This document shows, one piece after another, positions 22,216 to 36,475 of a DNA stretch of 64,000 nt (position 1 is its first letter; each line of letters starts with the position of its first letter). The notes beneath the pieces were generated by a model. That model searched no databases, was not told the DNA's origin, and worked only from the letters and a program-made list of their open reading frames with translations. Source of the stretch: Octopus sinensis. Taxonomy: Eukaryota. The stretch spans positions 8,432,001 to 8,496,000 of the forward strand of contig NC_043025.1 of NCBI RefSeq assembly GCF_006345805.1, written 5' to 3'. The position numbers were made by a program, and so were the translations under genes.

Positions 22216-22939
22216 TTTGTTATTTGTTTGGTTGCTCAACCGACCAATTCTGCCCTCCATCATCTCTTTCTTCTATTTTCTTTATGAGTTGAAATAACAG
22301 CAGAGTTGCAGTCAGGTTTTCAAGCTGAGGGGATGGAAACTCTATTTGACTTTTTTCTCTGCCCCCTGGTGAAGGATTGAATCCAAAACGTTGGATATTC
22401 CCCTCCTCACGGCAATTTCACTGGACTTTTTTTTCTATATTTCTTTTAAAGCCACAATGCACTTTTGCTTTGTTTTAGCCTTTGAACGACACCCTGCCCC
22501 CACTAGCTAGTCAGGCGGGCCAACATTCCTCCTGATGAGAAATGGAGTGTTTTGCTCAAGAACACAATGTGTTGCCCAGCCTGGGAATCGAACCCACGAT
22601 CTTGCAATCATAATTACAACTCCCTACTGACGAGGCCATGCGCCTTCACACACATACACATGGGATTGGGGTTGTGTCTTCCCTCTTTTGTTATCCTTTC
22701 ACAGAGGAGTTGAGGTAAGGGGTCTGTGAAATGCATACCTGTAATATACTTGGGAGATTATAATCAACTTATCCTCTCCCCATTCTACTGTTCAACAAAT
22801 TTGGATTTTTCCCCACCGCCATCCACCCTCATATACAGTGACACCCTACAAATTCCTGTTCCATCACCATCCACCCTCATATACGAATTTACCCAACAAA
22901 ATCTGTATTTTTTCCTTCACATGCACCCCCATCCAGCTA

Positions 22940-25460
22940 CCCCTTACAAACCAGTATTGCTCTACCCTTCATTGCCATCCATCCCTTACAAACCTGCATT
23001 GCTCTCACTCATCACCACCAGCCACCCTTTACAAACCTGCATTGCTCCATCCTTCAACACATCCACCCTTACAGCCAACCATCCTTTCCACACCTATATT
23101 GCTCCACTCCTTGTCACAATCCACCCCTTACAAACCTGCATTGCTCCACCATCATATCAAGATACCCCTTGCAAACCCATATTGCTCCATCCTTCAACAT
23201 ATCCACCCTTATAGCCAAACCATCCTCTCCACTCCTTGTCACAATCCACCCTTATATCCAGCCACCCCTTACAAACCTGCATTGCTCCACGATCATATCA
23301 AGGTACCCCTTGCAAACCCACATTGCTCCATCCTTCAACACATCCACCCTTATATCCAACCATCCGTTTCAAACCTGTATTGCTCCACTCCTTGTCACAA
23401 TCCACCCTTATATCCAACCACCCCTTACAAACCTGCATTGCTCCACGATCATATCAAGGTACCCCCCCTTGCAACCCACAATTCTTCATTCTTCATCACA
23501 TCCACCCTTATAGCCAACCATCCGTTTCAAACCTGTATTGCTCCACTCCTTGTCACAATCCACCCTTATATCCAACCACCCCTTACAAACCCTGCTTGCT
23601 CCACGATCATATCAAGGTACCCCTTGCAAACCCACATTGCTTCATTCTTCATCACATCCACCCTTATAGCCAACCATCCGTTTCAAACCTGTATTGCTCC
23701 ACTCCTTGTCACAATCCACCCTTATATCCAACCACCCCTTACAAACCTGCATTGCTCCACGATCATATCAAGGTACCCCTTGCAAACCCACATTGCTTCA
23801 TTCTTCATCACATCCACCCTTATAGCCAACCATCCGTTTCAAACCTGTATTGCTCCACTCCTTGTCACAATCCACCCTTATATCCAACCACCCCTTACAA
23901 ACCTGCATTGCTCCACGATCATATCAAGGTACCCCTTGCAAACCCACATTGCTTCATTCTTCATCACATCCACCCTTATAGCCAACCATCCGTTTCAAAC
24001 CTGTATTGCTCCCTCCTTTCACTTCCCACACTCCCCCTATATCCAACCCCCCTTACAAACACCTGCATTGCTCCACGCATATTAAGGTACCCCTTGCAAA
24101 CCCAAGCATTGCTTCATTCTTCATCACACATCCACCTTATAGCCACCATCTGTTTCAAACCTGTATTGCTCCACTCCTTGTCACAATCCACCCGTATATC
24201 CAACCACCCCTACAAACCTGCATTGCTCCACTCATATCAAGGTAACCCCTTGCAAACCCACATTGCTTCATTCTTCATCACATCCCCCTATAGCCAACCA
24301 TCCGTTCAAAACCTGTATTGCTCCACTCCTTGTCACAATCCACCCTTATATCCAACCACCCACCCCACAAACCTGCATTGCTCCACGATCATACAAGGTA
24401 CCCCTTGCAAACCCACATTGCTTCAATCTTCATCCAATCCACCCCTTATAGCCAGCCATCCGTTTCAAACCTGTATTGCTCCACTCCTTGTCACAATCCA
24501 CCCTTATATCCAACCACCCCTTACAAACCTGCATTGCTCCACGATCATATCAAGGTACCCCTTGCAAACCCACATTGCTTCATCTCATCACAGTCCACCC
24601 TTATAGCCAACCATCCGTTTCAAACCTGTATGGCTCCACTCCTTGCACACACATCACCCTTATATCCAAACCCCCTTACAAACCTGCATTGCTCCACGAT
24701 CATATCAAGGTACCCCTTGCAAACCCACATTGCTTCATTCTTCATCACATCCACCCTTATAGCCAACCATCCGTTTCAAACCTGTATTGCTCCACTCCTT
24801 GTCACAATCCACCCTTATATCCAAACACCCCGTACACAAACCTGCATTGCTCCACGATCATATTAAGGTACCCCTTGCAAACCCACATTGCTTCATTCTT
24901 CATCACATCCACCCTTATAGCCAACCATCTGTTTTCACAACCTGTATTGCTCCACTCCTTGTCACAATCCACCCTTATATCCAACCACCCCTTACCAACC
25001 TGCATGGCTCCACAGCATATCAAGGTACCCCTTGCAAACCCACATTGCTTCATTCTTCATCACATCCACCCTTATAGCCAACCATCCGTTTCAAACCTGT
25101 ATTGCTCCACTCCTTGTCACAATCCACCCTTATATCCAACCACCCCTTACAAACCTGCATTGCTCCACGATCATATCAAGGTACCCCTTGCAAACCCACA
25201 TTGCTTCATTCTTCATCACATCCACCCTTATAGCCAACCATCCGTTTCAAACCTGTATTGCTCCACTCCTTGTCACAATCCACCCTTATATCCAACCACC
25301 CCTTACAAACCTGCATTGCTCCACGATCATATCAAGGTACCCCTTGCAAACCCACATTGCTTCATTCTTCATCACATCCACCCTTATAGCCAACCATCCG
25401 TTTCAAACCTGTATTGCTCCACTCCTTGTCACAATCCACCCTTATATCCAGCCACCCTTT
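22940..25460 (+). repeat. 156-bp satellite (~16 units) made of three related 41-58-bp subunits
   Basis: AAGGTAC recurs at 23614 and 23770 (period 156). Each subunit carries an AAACC(T/C)(G/A)(C/T)ATTGCT core. Confidence 0.95.
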
Positions 25461-25864
25461 TACGAACCTCTAATGCTCTCGTAAAGAGCAACAACAAACT
25501 TTTGTCTTTGTTGTTACCAAATTCTTTGTTTCTGTTTTCTCTTCTTTGTAAATAAATGAGATGAGACCATCCTAAAACAAAAAGCACACAAGATGCAACC
25601 CTCCCAATCAGAGGTTCAAATCTCGGCTAAGAAGACAAAATCTTTTTCTCCCCAATTCTTTTTTTTTTTATTTTTTATTCCAATAAAAGATTATCTTCGT
25701 TATTTTCTGACGATCTCGTGTGACGTTTCTTTCTTTAAATGTGTAAATCTTTTTGGTTTTACCTGTTCCAGACATTCGATTGCAGCCATGCTGGGGCACC
25801 ACCTTGGAGGGTCCAGTCAACCAAAGCAGTCCAAGTACTTATTTTCTTTTTTGAGTCTCATATT

Positions 25865-25910
25865 TAGTATATATATATATGTATGTATATATGTATGTAT
25901 ATATGTATAT

Positions 25911-25942
<32 letters not shown>

Positions 25943-26345
25943 GTATATATAATATGTGTATATATATATATGTATATATATATATGTGTATATATATGTG
26001 TGTATATATATGTGTGTATATATATATGTGTGTATATATATATATGTGTATATATATATATATATGTGTATATATATATATGTGTATATATATATATATA
26101 TATGTGTATATATATGTGTATAGTGTATATATATATATGTGTGTATATATATATATGTGTGTGTATATATATGTATATATATATTATATATATATATGTG
26201 TGTATAGTGTATATATATATATATATATGTGTGTGTGTATAGTGTATATATATATGTGTATATATAATGTGTATATATATATGTGTATAGTGTATATATA
26301 TATATATGTGTATATATATGTATGTTTATATATATATATGTATGT
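25865..26345. repeat. Very long (TA)n/(TG)n compound microsatellite
   Basis: About 480 bp consisting almost entirely of TA, TG and TATG units. Confidence 0.97.
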
Positions 26346-26349
26346 ATGT

Positions 26350-26605
26350 ATATGACTCGTGGCCGATGCCAGCGCCTCCTCGACTGGCTTCCGTGCCGGT
26401 GGCACATAAAGTACACCAATCCAACCGTGGCCGTTGCCAGCCTCGCCTGGCACCTGTGCAGGTGGCACGTAAAATGCACCCACTACACTCACGGAGTGGT
26501 TGGCGTTAGGAAGGGCATCTAGCTGTAGAAACATTGCCAGATAAGACTGGAGCCTGGTGCAGCCTTTTGGCTTCCCAGATCCCCGGTCGAACCGTCCAAC
26601 CCATG
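26350..26605 (-). mobile_element. RTE 3' UTR-derived element
   Basis: Minus strand carries the family motif TTTCTACAGCTAGATGCCCTTCCTAACGCCAACCACTCCG. Confidence 0.78.
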
Positions 26606-26606
26606 C

Positions 26607-26637
<31 letters not shown>

Positions 26638-26727
26638 TGTATGTATATATATGTGTATGTATATATATGTGTATGTATATATATATGTATATATATATAT
26701 ATATGTATATATATACATACATATATG

Positions 26728-28870
26728 TGTCCCAGAGAGAAAGGCCACTGTACACAAGAACAAAATCCCCAGAGAGATGAAAATTTTAATGAGACGGCGC
26801 ACAAAAATTTCAAATCGCCTAAACAAACAAATTGAAAGCAGTGAAAATTCCCGCCTGAAAATAAAACTGTTGGAAATTGAAAAATGTCTGCAACTCTCCC
26901 ATGAAAAAGAAAGAGCAGACAAAGAAGCCTGGGCTATAGACAACATAAAATCTAACCCCAGAGCTTTCTACAGGTATGCCAAAGAAACAGCTACGGTGCA
27001 CTGTAGGATACTGCCACTCCTTGAAAAGGACGGCACACTCACAGGAAATCCAATGAGGGTAAGTAAAATACTAAATGAGCAATTCAAGAGTATTTTCACT
27101 CCACCCCTAGGGCATTTTCAAGTCAGCATTCCAACTGACTTCTTAACCACTGCAGATATAAAATCAGAGGCAGCGATGATTGATTACATCAATATAAAGG
27201 AAGACGATGTAATAAAGGCTATTGATGAAATGAAAACAAACTCAGCTACTGGCCCCGATGGATTCCCAGCAATCCTTCTAAAAGTATGTAAGAGAGTCCT
27301 AGCAAAACCACTGCAGTTCCTCTTTCAGAGCTTCCTTGCAACTGGCAAACTTCCAAGAAAACTGAAGGAAGGTAAAATATGCCCTTTTCATAAAGGAGGT
27401 AGCAGAGCGGAGGCCAAGAACTACAGACCTATCTCTCTGACCTCACACATCAGCAAGGTCATGGAACGAATAGTCAGAAGGAAACTAATCACCTTCCTTG
27501 AAGAAAATGACTTGCTGCCTGACACCCAACATGGTTTCCGACCAGGAAGAAGCTGCTTAACTCAGCTCCTACAACACTATGACTGGGTGCTGAAACGACT
27601 GCTCAACCACTCAAATGTGGAAGTCATATATCTTGACTTTGCAAAGGCCTTTGATAAAGTCGATCATGGAATGATATGTCACAAACTGCGTGATCTTGGC
27701 ATAGTTGGAAAATTGGGAGATGGCTTCATGACTTTCTGAAGGATAGAAGTCAGGTGGTAGTAGCCACTTCCACGCAAATAGTGAGCGGTGTTCTGCAAGG
27801 CACTGTTTTGGGACCACTACTGTTCATAATGGCCCTCTCAGACATGCCCTCAGCCACGCAGAGAGCCACGATCACAAGTTATGCAGATGATACAAAAGTT
27901 TCACAGGCAATACAGAACCCTGAGGACACTAAACACCTACAATGTGAGCTGGACGAAATATACAAGTGGGCTGAAAAGAATAGCATGCAGTTCAATGCTG
28001 GAAAGTTTCAAGCTTTATACTATCAGCATGCAAAACTGAATGCAATACCCAATGAATACACTGGACCCGGAGGGATTGCAATCCCAGAGGCACAATCAGT
28101 GCGTGACCTGGGTATTCACATGAGTGATGACGCGACCTCTCATGTACATGTTGCTAAACTGACAATGAAATGTAGACGGCTGGCTGGATGGATTCTTAGA
28201 ACCTTTAGAACAAGAGAACAAGAAACCATGATGGTCCTCTGGAAGACACTTGTCCTAAGCCACTTTGACTATTGCTCTCAGCTATGGTCACCATCCAGTG
28301 TCAAGTTAATCACAGAACTTGAGGCGATCCAATGAAGCTACACGAAGAAGATAGCCTCTGTGCAGCATATAAGCTACTGGGAAAGACTCAAGAGATTGAG
28401 ACTCTATTCCTTAGAGCGTAGGCGAGAAAGATATGCCATAATATACATCTGGAAGATCCTAGAACTTGTCCCAAACTTTGGCATCGAGAGTTACACAAAT
28501 GCCAGAACTGGGCGCCACTGCATAGTGCCAAGGACTCCAAATTTGCCATCAAGATGTAGGACAAGATACTGTGATAGCTTGGGCTTCAGAGGCCCACAGC
28601 TCTTCAATATCCTCCCGAAGAACCTAAGAGACCTGCATGGGGTGGATGCAGATGTCTTTAAAATAAAACTGGATCTCTTCCTGTCAGGTGTCCCAGATGA
28701 ACCAACTTCACGGCAGGAGGTGCAGATGAGGGCAGCTGCATCGAACACTCTCATGCACCAGATGGCAATTGCTAAAAAGCATTCGTGAAGTAAAATCATG
28801 TAGCAACACCAAATGGTGGTGCCCCAGCATGGCCACAGCTTGTGAGCTGAAACTAGATAAAAAAAAAAAT
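26728..28870 (+). mobile_element. 5'-truncated CR1-clade LINE ORF2 (reverse transcriptase), inactivated
   Basis: Motifs GPDGF, NYRPISLTS, QHGFRPGRSCLTQLL, YLDFAKAFDKVDH, QGTVLGPLLF and YADDTK. Frameshift near 27720, TGA at 28333, then the 3' stem-loop and poly-A. Confidence 0.95.
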
Positions 28871-28924
28871 ATACATACATATATACATACAATAAATTTG
28901 AATACAGATATTTGAATAAATTTA

Positions 28925-31542
28925 AATATCTGTCAAATGGTGGTTTGGGTTTCAATTCCTTCCCAGTCTAAAAGTAATTTTTTTTTTGTTATTAACTGAA
29001 ATAAATTGAAATATCTTTATTTTTACCCCTTAACATTGTTGCTGCTTTGTCTGTTAAATGGTGGTTTGGGTTTCAATTCCTTCCCAGTCTAAAAATTATT
29101 TTCTTGTTATTAAGTGAAGTTGTATTATGATTATAGACAAATGGCTAGAGATGGTCGCAACTGGAGTGTCGTTAATTATAATTGGTCTGGTAGAGTAGAA
29201 CTAATCTGGAGTAAACAATGAAGCATAGTGTGTATGTGTGTGTGTGTGTGTGTGAAAAATGGGTCTCAAGACAGCCTTGCTATAGTTACCAAATCTTTTC
29301 ATTAGGCACAAAAATTAAAAAAAATTTAAATATCTTTATTTTTTTTTTACCCTTTAACATTGTTACTGCTTTGTCTGTTAAATGGTGGTTTGGGTTTCAA
29401 TTCCTTCCCAGTCTAAAAATTATTTTTCATTAACTGAAATTGGTCTGGTGGAGTAGAACTAATCTGGAGTAAACAATGACGCATAGTGTGTGTGTGTGTG
29501 TGTGTGTGTGAAAAATGGGTCTCAAGACAGCCTTGCCATAGTTACAAAATCTTTTCATTAGTTGCAAAAATTTAAATAAATTTAAATATCTTTATTTTTT
29601 TTTTACCCTTTAACATTGTTGCTGCTTTGTCTGTGGTTTGGGTTTCAATTCCTTCCCAGTCTAAAAATTATAATTTATTAACTGAAATTGGTCTGGTGGA
29701 GTAGAACTGATCTGGAGTAAACAACGAAGCATAGTGTGTGAAAAATGGGTCTCAAGACAGCCTTGCCATAATTACCAAATTTAAATATCTTTATTTTTTT
29801 TTTACCCCTTAACATTGTTGCTGCTTTGTCTGTTCAATAGTGGTTTGGGTTTCAATGTCTTCCCAGTCTAAAAGTAATTTTTTTTGGTGGTCTGGGTTTC
29901 AATGTCTTCCCAGTCTAAAAGTAATTTTTTTTTGGTGGTTTGGGTTTCAATGTCTTCCCAGTCTAAAAGTAATCTTTTTTTGGTGGTTTGGGTTTCAATG
30001 TCTTCCCAGTCTAAAAGTAATTTTTTTTGGTGGTCTGGGTTTCAATGTCTTCCCAGTCTAAGAGTAATTTTTTTTTTGTTATTTACTGAAATAGATTTAA
30101 ATATCTGAATTTTTCCATTAATTTTGTAGCAGCTTCGGTGGCCTAGTAGGTAAGGTGCTAGAAGTAGTGGCATAATAATGGTTGAGGTTTCAAACCTTTG
30201 CCAGGAAATTCATTTTTTTTTCCACTGGAGACAAAAAAGTGAAAAATCTTGATTTCCTGGCAGAGGCTTGAAACCTCAACCATTATTATGCCACTACTTC
30301 TAGTACCTTACCTACTAGGCCACTGAAGCTGCTACAAAATTAATGGAAAAATTCAGATATTTAAATCTATTTCAGTAAATAACAAAAAAAAAATTACTTT
30401 TAGACTGGGAAGACATTGAAACCCAGACCACCAAAAAAAAATTACTTTTAGACTGGGAAGACATTGAAACCCAAACCACTATTGAACAGACAAAGCAGCA
30501 ACAATGTTAAGGAGTAAAAAAAAAATAAAGATATTTAAATTTATTTAAATTTGGTAATTATGGCAAGGCTGTCTTGAGACCCATTTTTCACACACACACA
30601 CAATGCTTCGTTGTTCACTCCAGATCAGTTCTACTCCACCAGACCAATTTCAGTTATAAAAAAAAAAATTTTTAGACTGAGAAGGATTTGAAACCCTAAC
30701 CACCATTTAACAGACAAAGCAGCAACAATGTTAAGGGGTAAAAAAATAATAAAGATATTTAAATTTATTTAAATTTGGTAATTATGGCAAGGCTGTCTTG
30801 AGACCCATTTTTCACACACACACCACACACACACACACTATGCTTCGTTGTTTACTCCAGATCAGTTCTACTCCACCAGACCAATTTTAGTTATAAAAAA
30901 AATAATTTTTAGACTGAGAAGGAATTGAAACCCAAACCACCATTTAACAGACAAAGCAGCAACAATGTTAAGGGGTAAAAAAGTAATAAAGATATTTAAA
31001 TTTATTTAAATTTTTGTGCTTAATGAAAAGATTTGGTAACTATGGCAAGACTGTCTTGAGACCCATTTTTCACACACACACACACACACACCATGCTTCA
31101 TTGTTTACTCCAGATCAGTTCTACTCTACCAGGCCAATTATAATTAACGACACTCCCATTGTGACCATCTCTAGCCACTTGTCTATAATCATAATACTTC
31201 ACTTAATAACAAGAAAATAATTTTTAGACTGGGAAGGAATTGAAACCCAAACCATCATAGCAACAATGTTAAGGGGAAAATAAAGATATTTACTGAAATG
31301 ATTTTAAATAACAATCTTTGGACCAGGAAGGAATTGAAACCCAAACCACCATAGCAACAATGTTAAGGGGAAAATAAAGATATTTACTGAAATGAATTTA
31401 AATAATAATCTTTAGACCAGGTAGGAATTGAAACCCAAACCACCATTTAACAGACACAACAGCAACAATGTTAAGGGGAAAATAAAGATATTTAAATTTA
31501 TTTAAATTTGGTAATTATGGCAAGGCTGTCTTGAGACCCATT

Positions 31543-31581
<39 letters not shown>

Positions 31582-34512
31582 GCTTCGTTGTTTACTCCAC
31601 CAGACCAATTTCAGTTAATAAAAAATAATTTTTAGACTGGGAAGGAATTGAAACCCAAACCACCATTTAACAGACAAAGCTGTAACAATGTTAAAGGGTA
31701 AAAAAAAAATAAAGATATTAAAATTTTTGTGCCTAATGAAAAGATTTGGTAACTATAGCAAGGCTGTCTTGAGACCCATTTTTCACACACACACACACAC
31801 ACACTATGCTTCATTGTTTACTCCAGATTAGTTCTACTCTACCATACCAATTATAATTAACGACACTCCAGTTGTGACCATCTCTAGCCACTTGTCTATA
31901 ATGATAATACTTCACTTAATAACAAGAAAATAATTTTTAGACTGGGAAGGAATTGAAACCCAAACCATCATAGCAACAATGTTAAGGGGAAAATAAAGAT
32001 ATTTACTGAAATGATTTTAAATAACAATCTTTGGACCAGGAAGGAATTGAAACCCAAACCACCATAGCAACAATGTTAAGGGGAAAATAAAGATATTTAC
32101 TGAAATGAATTTAAATAATAATCTTTAGACCAGGTAGGAATTGAAACCCAAACCACCATTTAACAGACACAACAGCAACAATGTTAAGGGGAAAATAAAG
32201 ATATTTAAATTTATTTAAATTTGGTAATTATGGCAAGGCTGTCTTGAGACCCATTTTTCACACACACACACACACACACTATGCTTCGTTGTTTACTCCA
32301 CCAGACCAATTTCAGTTAATAAAAAATAATTTTTAGACTGGGAAGGAATTGAAACCCAAACCACCATTTAACAGACAAAGCTGTAACAATGTTAAAGGGT
32401 AAAAAAAAAATAAAGATATTAAAATTTTTGTGCCTAATGAAAAGATTTGGTAACTATAGCAAGGCTGTCTTGAGACCCATTTTTCACACACACACACACA
32501 CACACTATGCTTCATTGTTTACTCCAGATTAGTTCTACTCTACCATACCAATTATAATTAACGACACTCCAGTTGTGACCATCTCTAGCCACTTGTCTAT
32601 AATCATAATACTTCACTTAATAACAAGAAAATAATTTTTAGACTGGGAAGGAATTGAAACCCAAACCACCATTTAACAGACAAAGCAGCAACAATGTTAA
32701 GGGGAAAATAAAGATATTTCAATTTATTTCAGTAAATAACAAAAAAAAAAACTTTTAGACTGGGAAAGAATTGAAACCCAAACCACCATTTAACAGACAA
32801 AACAGCAACAATGTTAAGGGGTAAAAAAAATAAAGATAAATTTATTTCAATTTTTGCGCTTAATGAAAAGATTTGGTAACTATGGCAAGGCTGTCTTGAG
32901 ACCCATTTTTCACACACACACACAATCCCTTTGTTGAGAGAAATTTGGTTGCTGTTTCGAGACTGCTTTGGGGATTCTTATAGGAGCATAAAAACACACA
33001 CACACTATGCTTCATTGTTTACTCCAGATTAGTTCTACTCTACCAGACCAATTATAATTAACGACACTCCTGTTGTGACCATCTCTAGCCACTTGTCTAT
33101 AATCATAATTGTTGGCATCCTTTTTGTCTCATAAAAAGTCCAGTCCGGCTTTTACATTTCATGTCCTAATACATCTCCTGCTGTGGCTGTGTAGTCCTAT
33201 CCTGGACAAACACTCCCTCTGACAGGTACCGCAAATGTAGCGAAGACTGTTCCTGGCTGGTTGTAATGTCATAGTTTCTTGTTGACGTCTTTTCTTGTCT
33301 TTCCATTTCACCTCTCTCTCTCTCTGTCACTCCTTTGTGTTCCCTCTTTTACGGTACGTCGCCAATCTCCACGGTTGCTGGCAATTGCTTCCCAACCACT
33401 AATAATCATAATACAACTTCACTTAATAACAAGAAAATAATTTTTAGACTGAGAAGGAATTGAAACCCAAACCACCATTTAACAGACAAAACAGCAACAA
33501 TGTTAAGGGGTAAAAAAAAAAGATATTTAAATTCATTTCAGGTATTAAAAAAATAATAATTTTTAGACTGGGAAGGAATTGAAACCAAACCACCATTTAA
33601 CAGACAAAGCAGCAACAATGTTAAGGGGAAAATAAAGATATTTCAATTTATTTCAGTAAATAACAAAAAAAAAAACTTTTAGACTGGGAAAGAATTGAAA
33701 CCCAAACCACCATTTAACAGACAAAACAGCAACAATGTTAAGGGGTAAAAAAAATAAAGATAAATTTATTTCAATTTTTGCGCTTAATGAAAAGATTTGG
33801 TAACTATGGCAAGGCTGTCTTGAGACCCATTTTTCACACACACACACAATCCCTTTGTTGAGAGAAATTTGGTTGCTGTTTCGAGACTGCTTTGGGGATT
33901 CTTATAGGAGCATAAACACACACTATGCTTCATTGTTTACTCCAGATTAGTTCTACTCTACCAGACCAATTATAATTAACGACACTCCTGTTGTGACCAT
34001 CTCTAGCCACTTGTCTATAATCATAATTGTTGGCATCCTTTTTGTCTCATAAAAAGTCCAGTCCGGCTTTTACATTTCATGTCCTAATACATCTCCTGCT
34101 GTGGCTGTGTAGTCCTATCCTGGACAAACACTCCCTCTGACAGGTACCGCAAATGTAGCGAAGACTGTTCCTGGCTGGTTGTAATGTCATAGTTTCTTGT
34201 TGACGTCTTTTCTTGTCTTTCCATTTCACCTCTCTCTCTCTCTGTCACTCCTTTGTGTTCCCTCTTTTACGGTACGTCGCCAATCTCCACGGTTGCTGGC
34301 AATTGCTTCCCAACCACTAATAATCATAATACAACTTCACTTAATAACAAGAAAATAATTTTTAGACTGAGAAGGAATTGAAACCCAAACCACCATTTAA
34401 CAGACAAAACAGCAACAATGTTAAGGGGTAAAAAAAAAAGATATTTAAATTCATTTCAGGTATTAAAAAAATAATAATTTTTAGACTGGGAAGGAATTGA
34501 AACCCAAACCAC
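28925..34512. repeat. Modular satellite arranged as a large inverted (foldback-like) structure centred at ~30230
   Basis: GTGGTTTGGGTTTCAATTCCTTCCCAGTCTAAAA modules lie on + up to ~30100 and in reverse complement afterwards. Inner ~110-bp arms span 30098-30209 and 30252-30365. Internal 701-bp and 924-bp direct duplications are present. Confidence 0.85.
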
Positions 34513-34724
34513 AGAAATAGAGTGAAAAAATGAGATATTTAAACCTATCCTAGCTGAAGATCAATAACCAATCACAGAAAAAGGTTTTACGTATCTCTGT
34601 TTGTTTGCTCTCCCAAATTAGGGATCTGTTTGGATGTCCTTGCAGATAGAGGAATTTCAAGAGCAGTGGAGTGGTGGGGGTGAGTTAAAGGAGGAATTAC
34701 AACCATGTTTTGTGGTCTGCTACC

Positions 34725-35610
34725 AGAACAGCTGAGGGCAACAACATGCAGTTTAATGCAGGTAAGTTCCAGGCCCTGTGCTACCGGCACACAAAGGTAA
34801 ACGACGTGCAGACTGGATACACTGGCCCAGGAAGAATTGCAATCCCTGAGTCAAAATCAGTGCATGACCTGGGCATTGACATGCATCTTTCCAAGAGAAT
34901 ATTACTAATTTGGTAATAAAATGCAGACGGCTAGCTGGAATGGATTCTCCGAACTTTCAGAACAAGAGAGAAGGAGACACTGATGGTCCTTTGGAAAACA
35001 TCTGTCCTCAGCCGCTTGGACTACTGCTCCCAACTGTGGTCACCACACAATATAAAACTAACAGCAGAACTCGAAGCAATTCAGAGAAGCTACACAAAGA
35101 AAATCGTCTCAATGCAAAATATCAGCTACTGGGAAAGACTGAAGGTATTAAACCTCTTCTCCCTGGAGCGGAGGCGGGAGAGATATGCAGTGATATACAT
35201 CTGGAAAATCCTGGAGGGTCTTGTCCCAAACTTTGGCATTCAAAGTTACCCCAACCGCAGAACGGGGCGCCACTGCATGGTGCCAAAGATTCCAACATCA
35301 CCATCAAAATACAGGACCAGATACTGTAACAGCTTGGGTTTCAGAGGACCACAGCTCTTCAATATCCTTCCTAAATGCCTGAGAGACTTACATGGTGTGG
35401 AGGTGGGTTTCTTTAAAATTAAACTGGATCTCTTCTTGTTGGGACTCCCAGATGAACCTACCTCACGACAGGAGACGCGGATGCGGGCAGCAGCATCGAA
35501 CTCGCTTGTTGATCAAGTGCCACGTATCAGAGGTGGATTCACATATTAGTGTAGCTCATTCAGCGGTGGTGCCCCAGCATGGCCGCGGCCTTCGGGCTAA
35601 AACATTTTTA
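34725..35610 (+). mobile_element. 5'-truncated CR1-clade LINE 3' fragment
   Basis: Encodes AEGNNMQFNAGKFQAL, VLSRLDYCSQLWSP, LERRRERYAVIYIWKIL and FKIKLDLFL, and carries the tail stem-loop. Confidence 0.9.
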
Positions 35611-35706
35611 AGGATTTATGTAAATATAAATACAATGATAGCTATGTAAATAGAGAAACCTACATATATAGAAATATATACATACATCTAGAAATATGTA
35701 TGTATG

Positions 35707-35737
<31 letters not shown>

Positions 35738-35914
35738 TGTGTGTGTGTGTGTACATGCATGTGTATATATATGTGTGTATGTATATATCTATGTCAAACC
35801 TGCACCTGTATCAAATTACTGTTTCAGTGTTAACGATAAAACCACTGTTCATTTATCTGTCATATGGTTGCTTAACGAACTACATTAGTGGAAACGAGAT
35901 TAGTTATATAAATA

Positions 35915-36475
35915 GGCATAGGAGTGGCTGTGTGATAAGTAGCTTGCTTACCAACCACATGGCTCCGGGTTCAGTCCCACTGCGTGGCACCTAGGGCAAG
36001 TGTCTTCTACTATAGCCTTGGGCCGACCAAAGCCTTGTGAGTGGATTTGGTAGATGGAAACTGAAAGAAGCCCATCATATATATATATATAAATAGGCAT
36101 AGGAGTGGCTGTGTGGTAAGTAGCTTGCTTACCAACCACATGGTTCCGGGTTCAGTCCCACTGCGTGGCACCTAGGGCAAGTATCTTCTACTATAGCCTC
36201 GGGCCGACCAAAAGCCTTGAGTGGATTTGGTAGACGGAAACTGAAAGAAGCCCGTCGTATATATGTATATGTATATGTTTGTGTTTGTCCCCCTAGCATT
36301 GCTTGACAACCGATGCTGGTGTGTTTATGTCCCCGTCACTTAGCGGTTTGGCAAAAGAGACCGATAGAATAAGTACTGGGCTTACAAAAGAATAAGTCCT
36401 GGGGTCGAGCTGCTCGATTAGAGGTGGTGCTCCAGCATGGCCGCAGTCAAATGACTGAAACAAGTAAAAGAGTAG
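35915..36475 (+). mobile_element. Family A SINE head followed by a full family A SINE
   Basis: GGCATAGGAGTGGCTGTGTG occurs at ~35915 and ~36096. Confidence 0.85.

Noticed and set aside
22726-25555. Multiple 150-456-aa ORFs in three frames
   Set aside because: They are products of a G-poor 156-bp satellite that lacks stop codons. No domain, splice signals or codon structure were found.
25817-26946. Y/I/H/T/V/C-rich ORFs
   Set aside because: They are translations of (TA)n/(TG)n microsatellites. The same applies to similar ORFs throughout the window.
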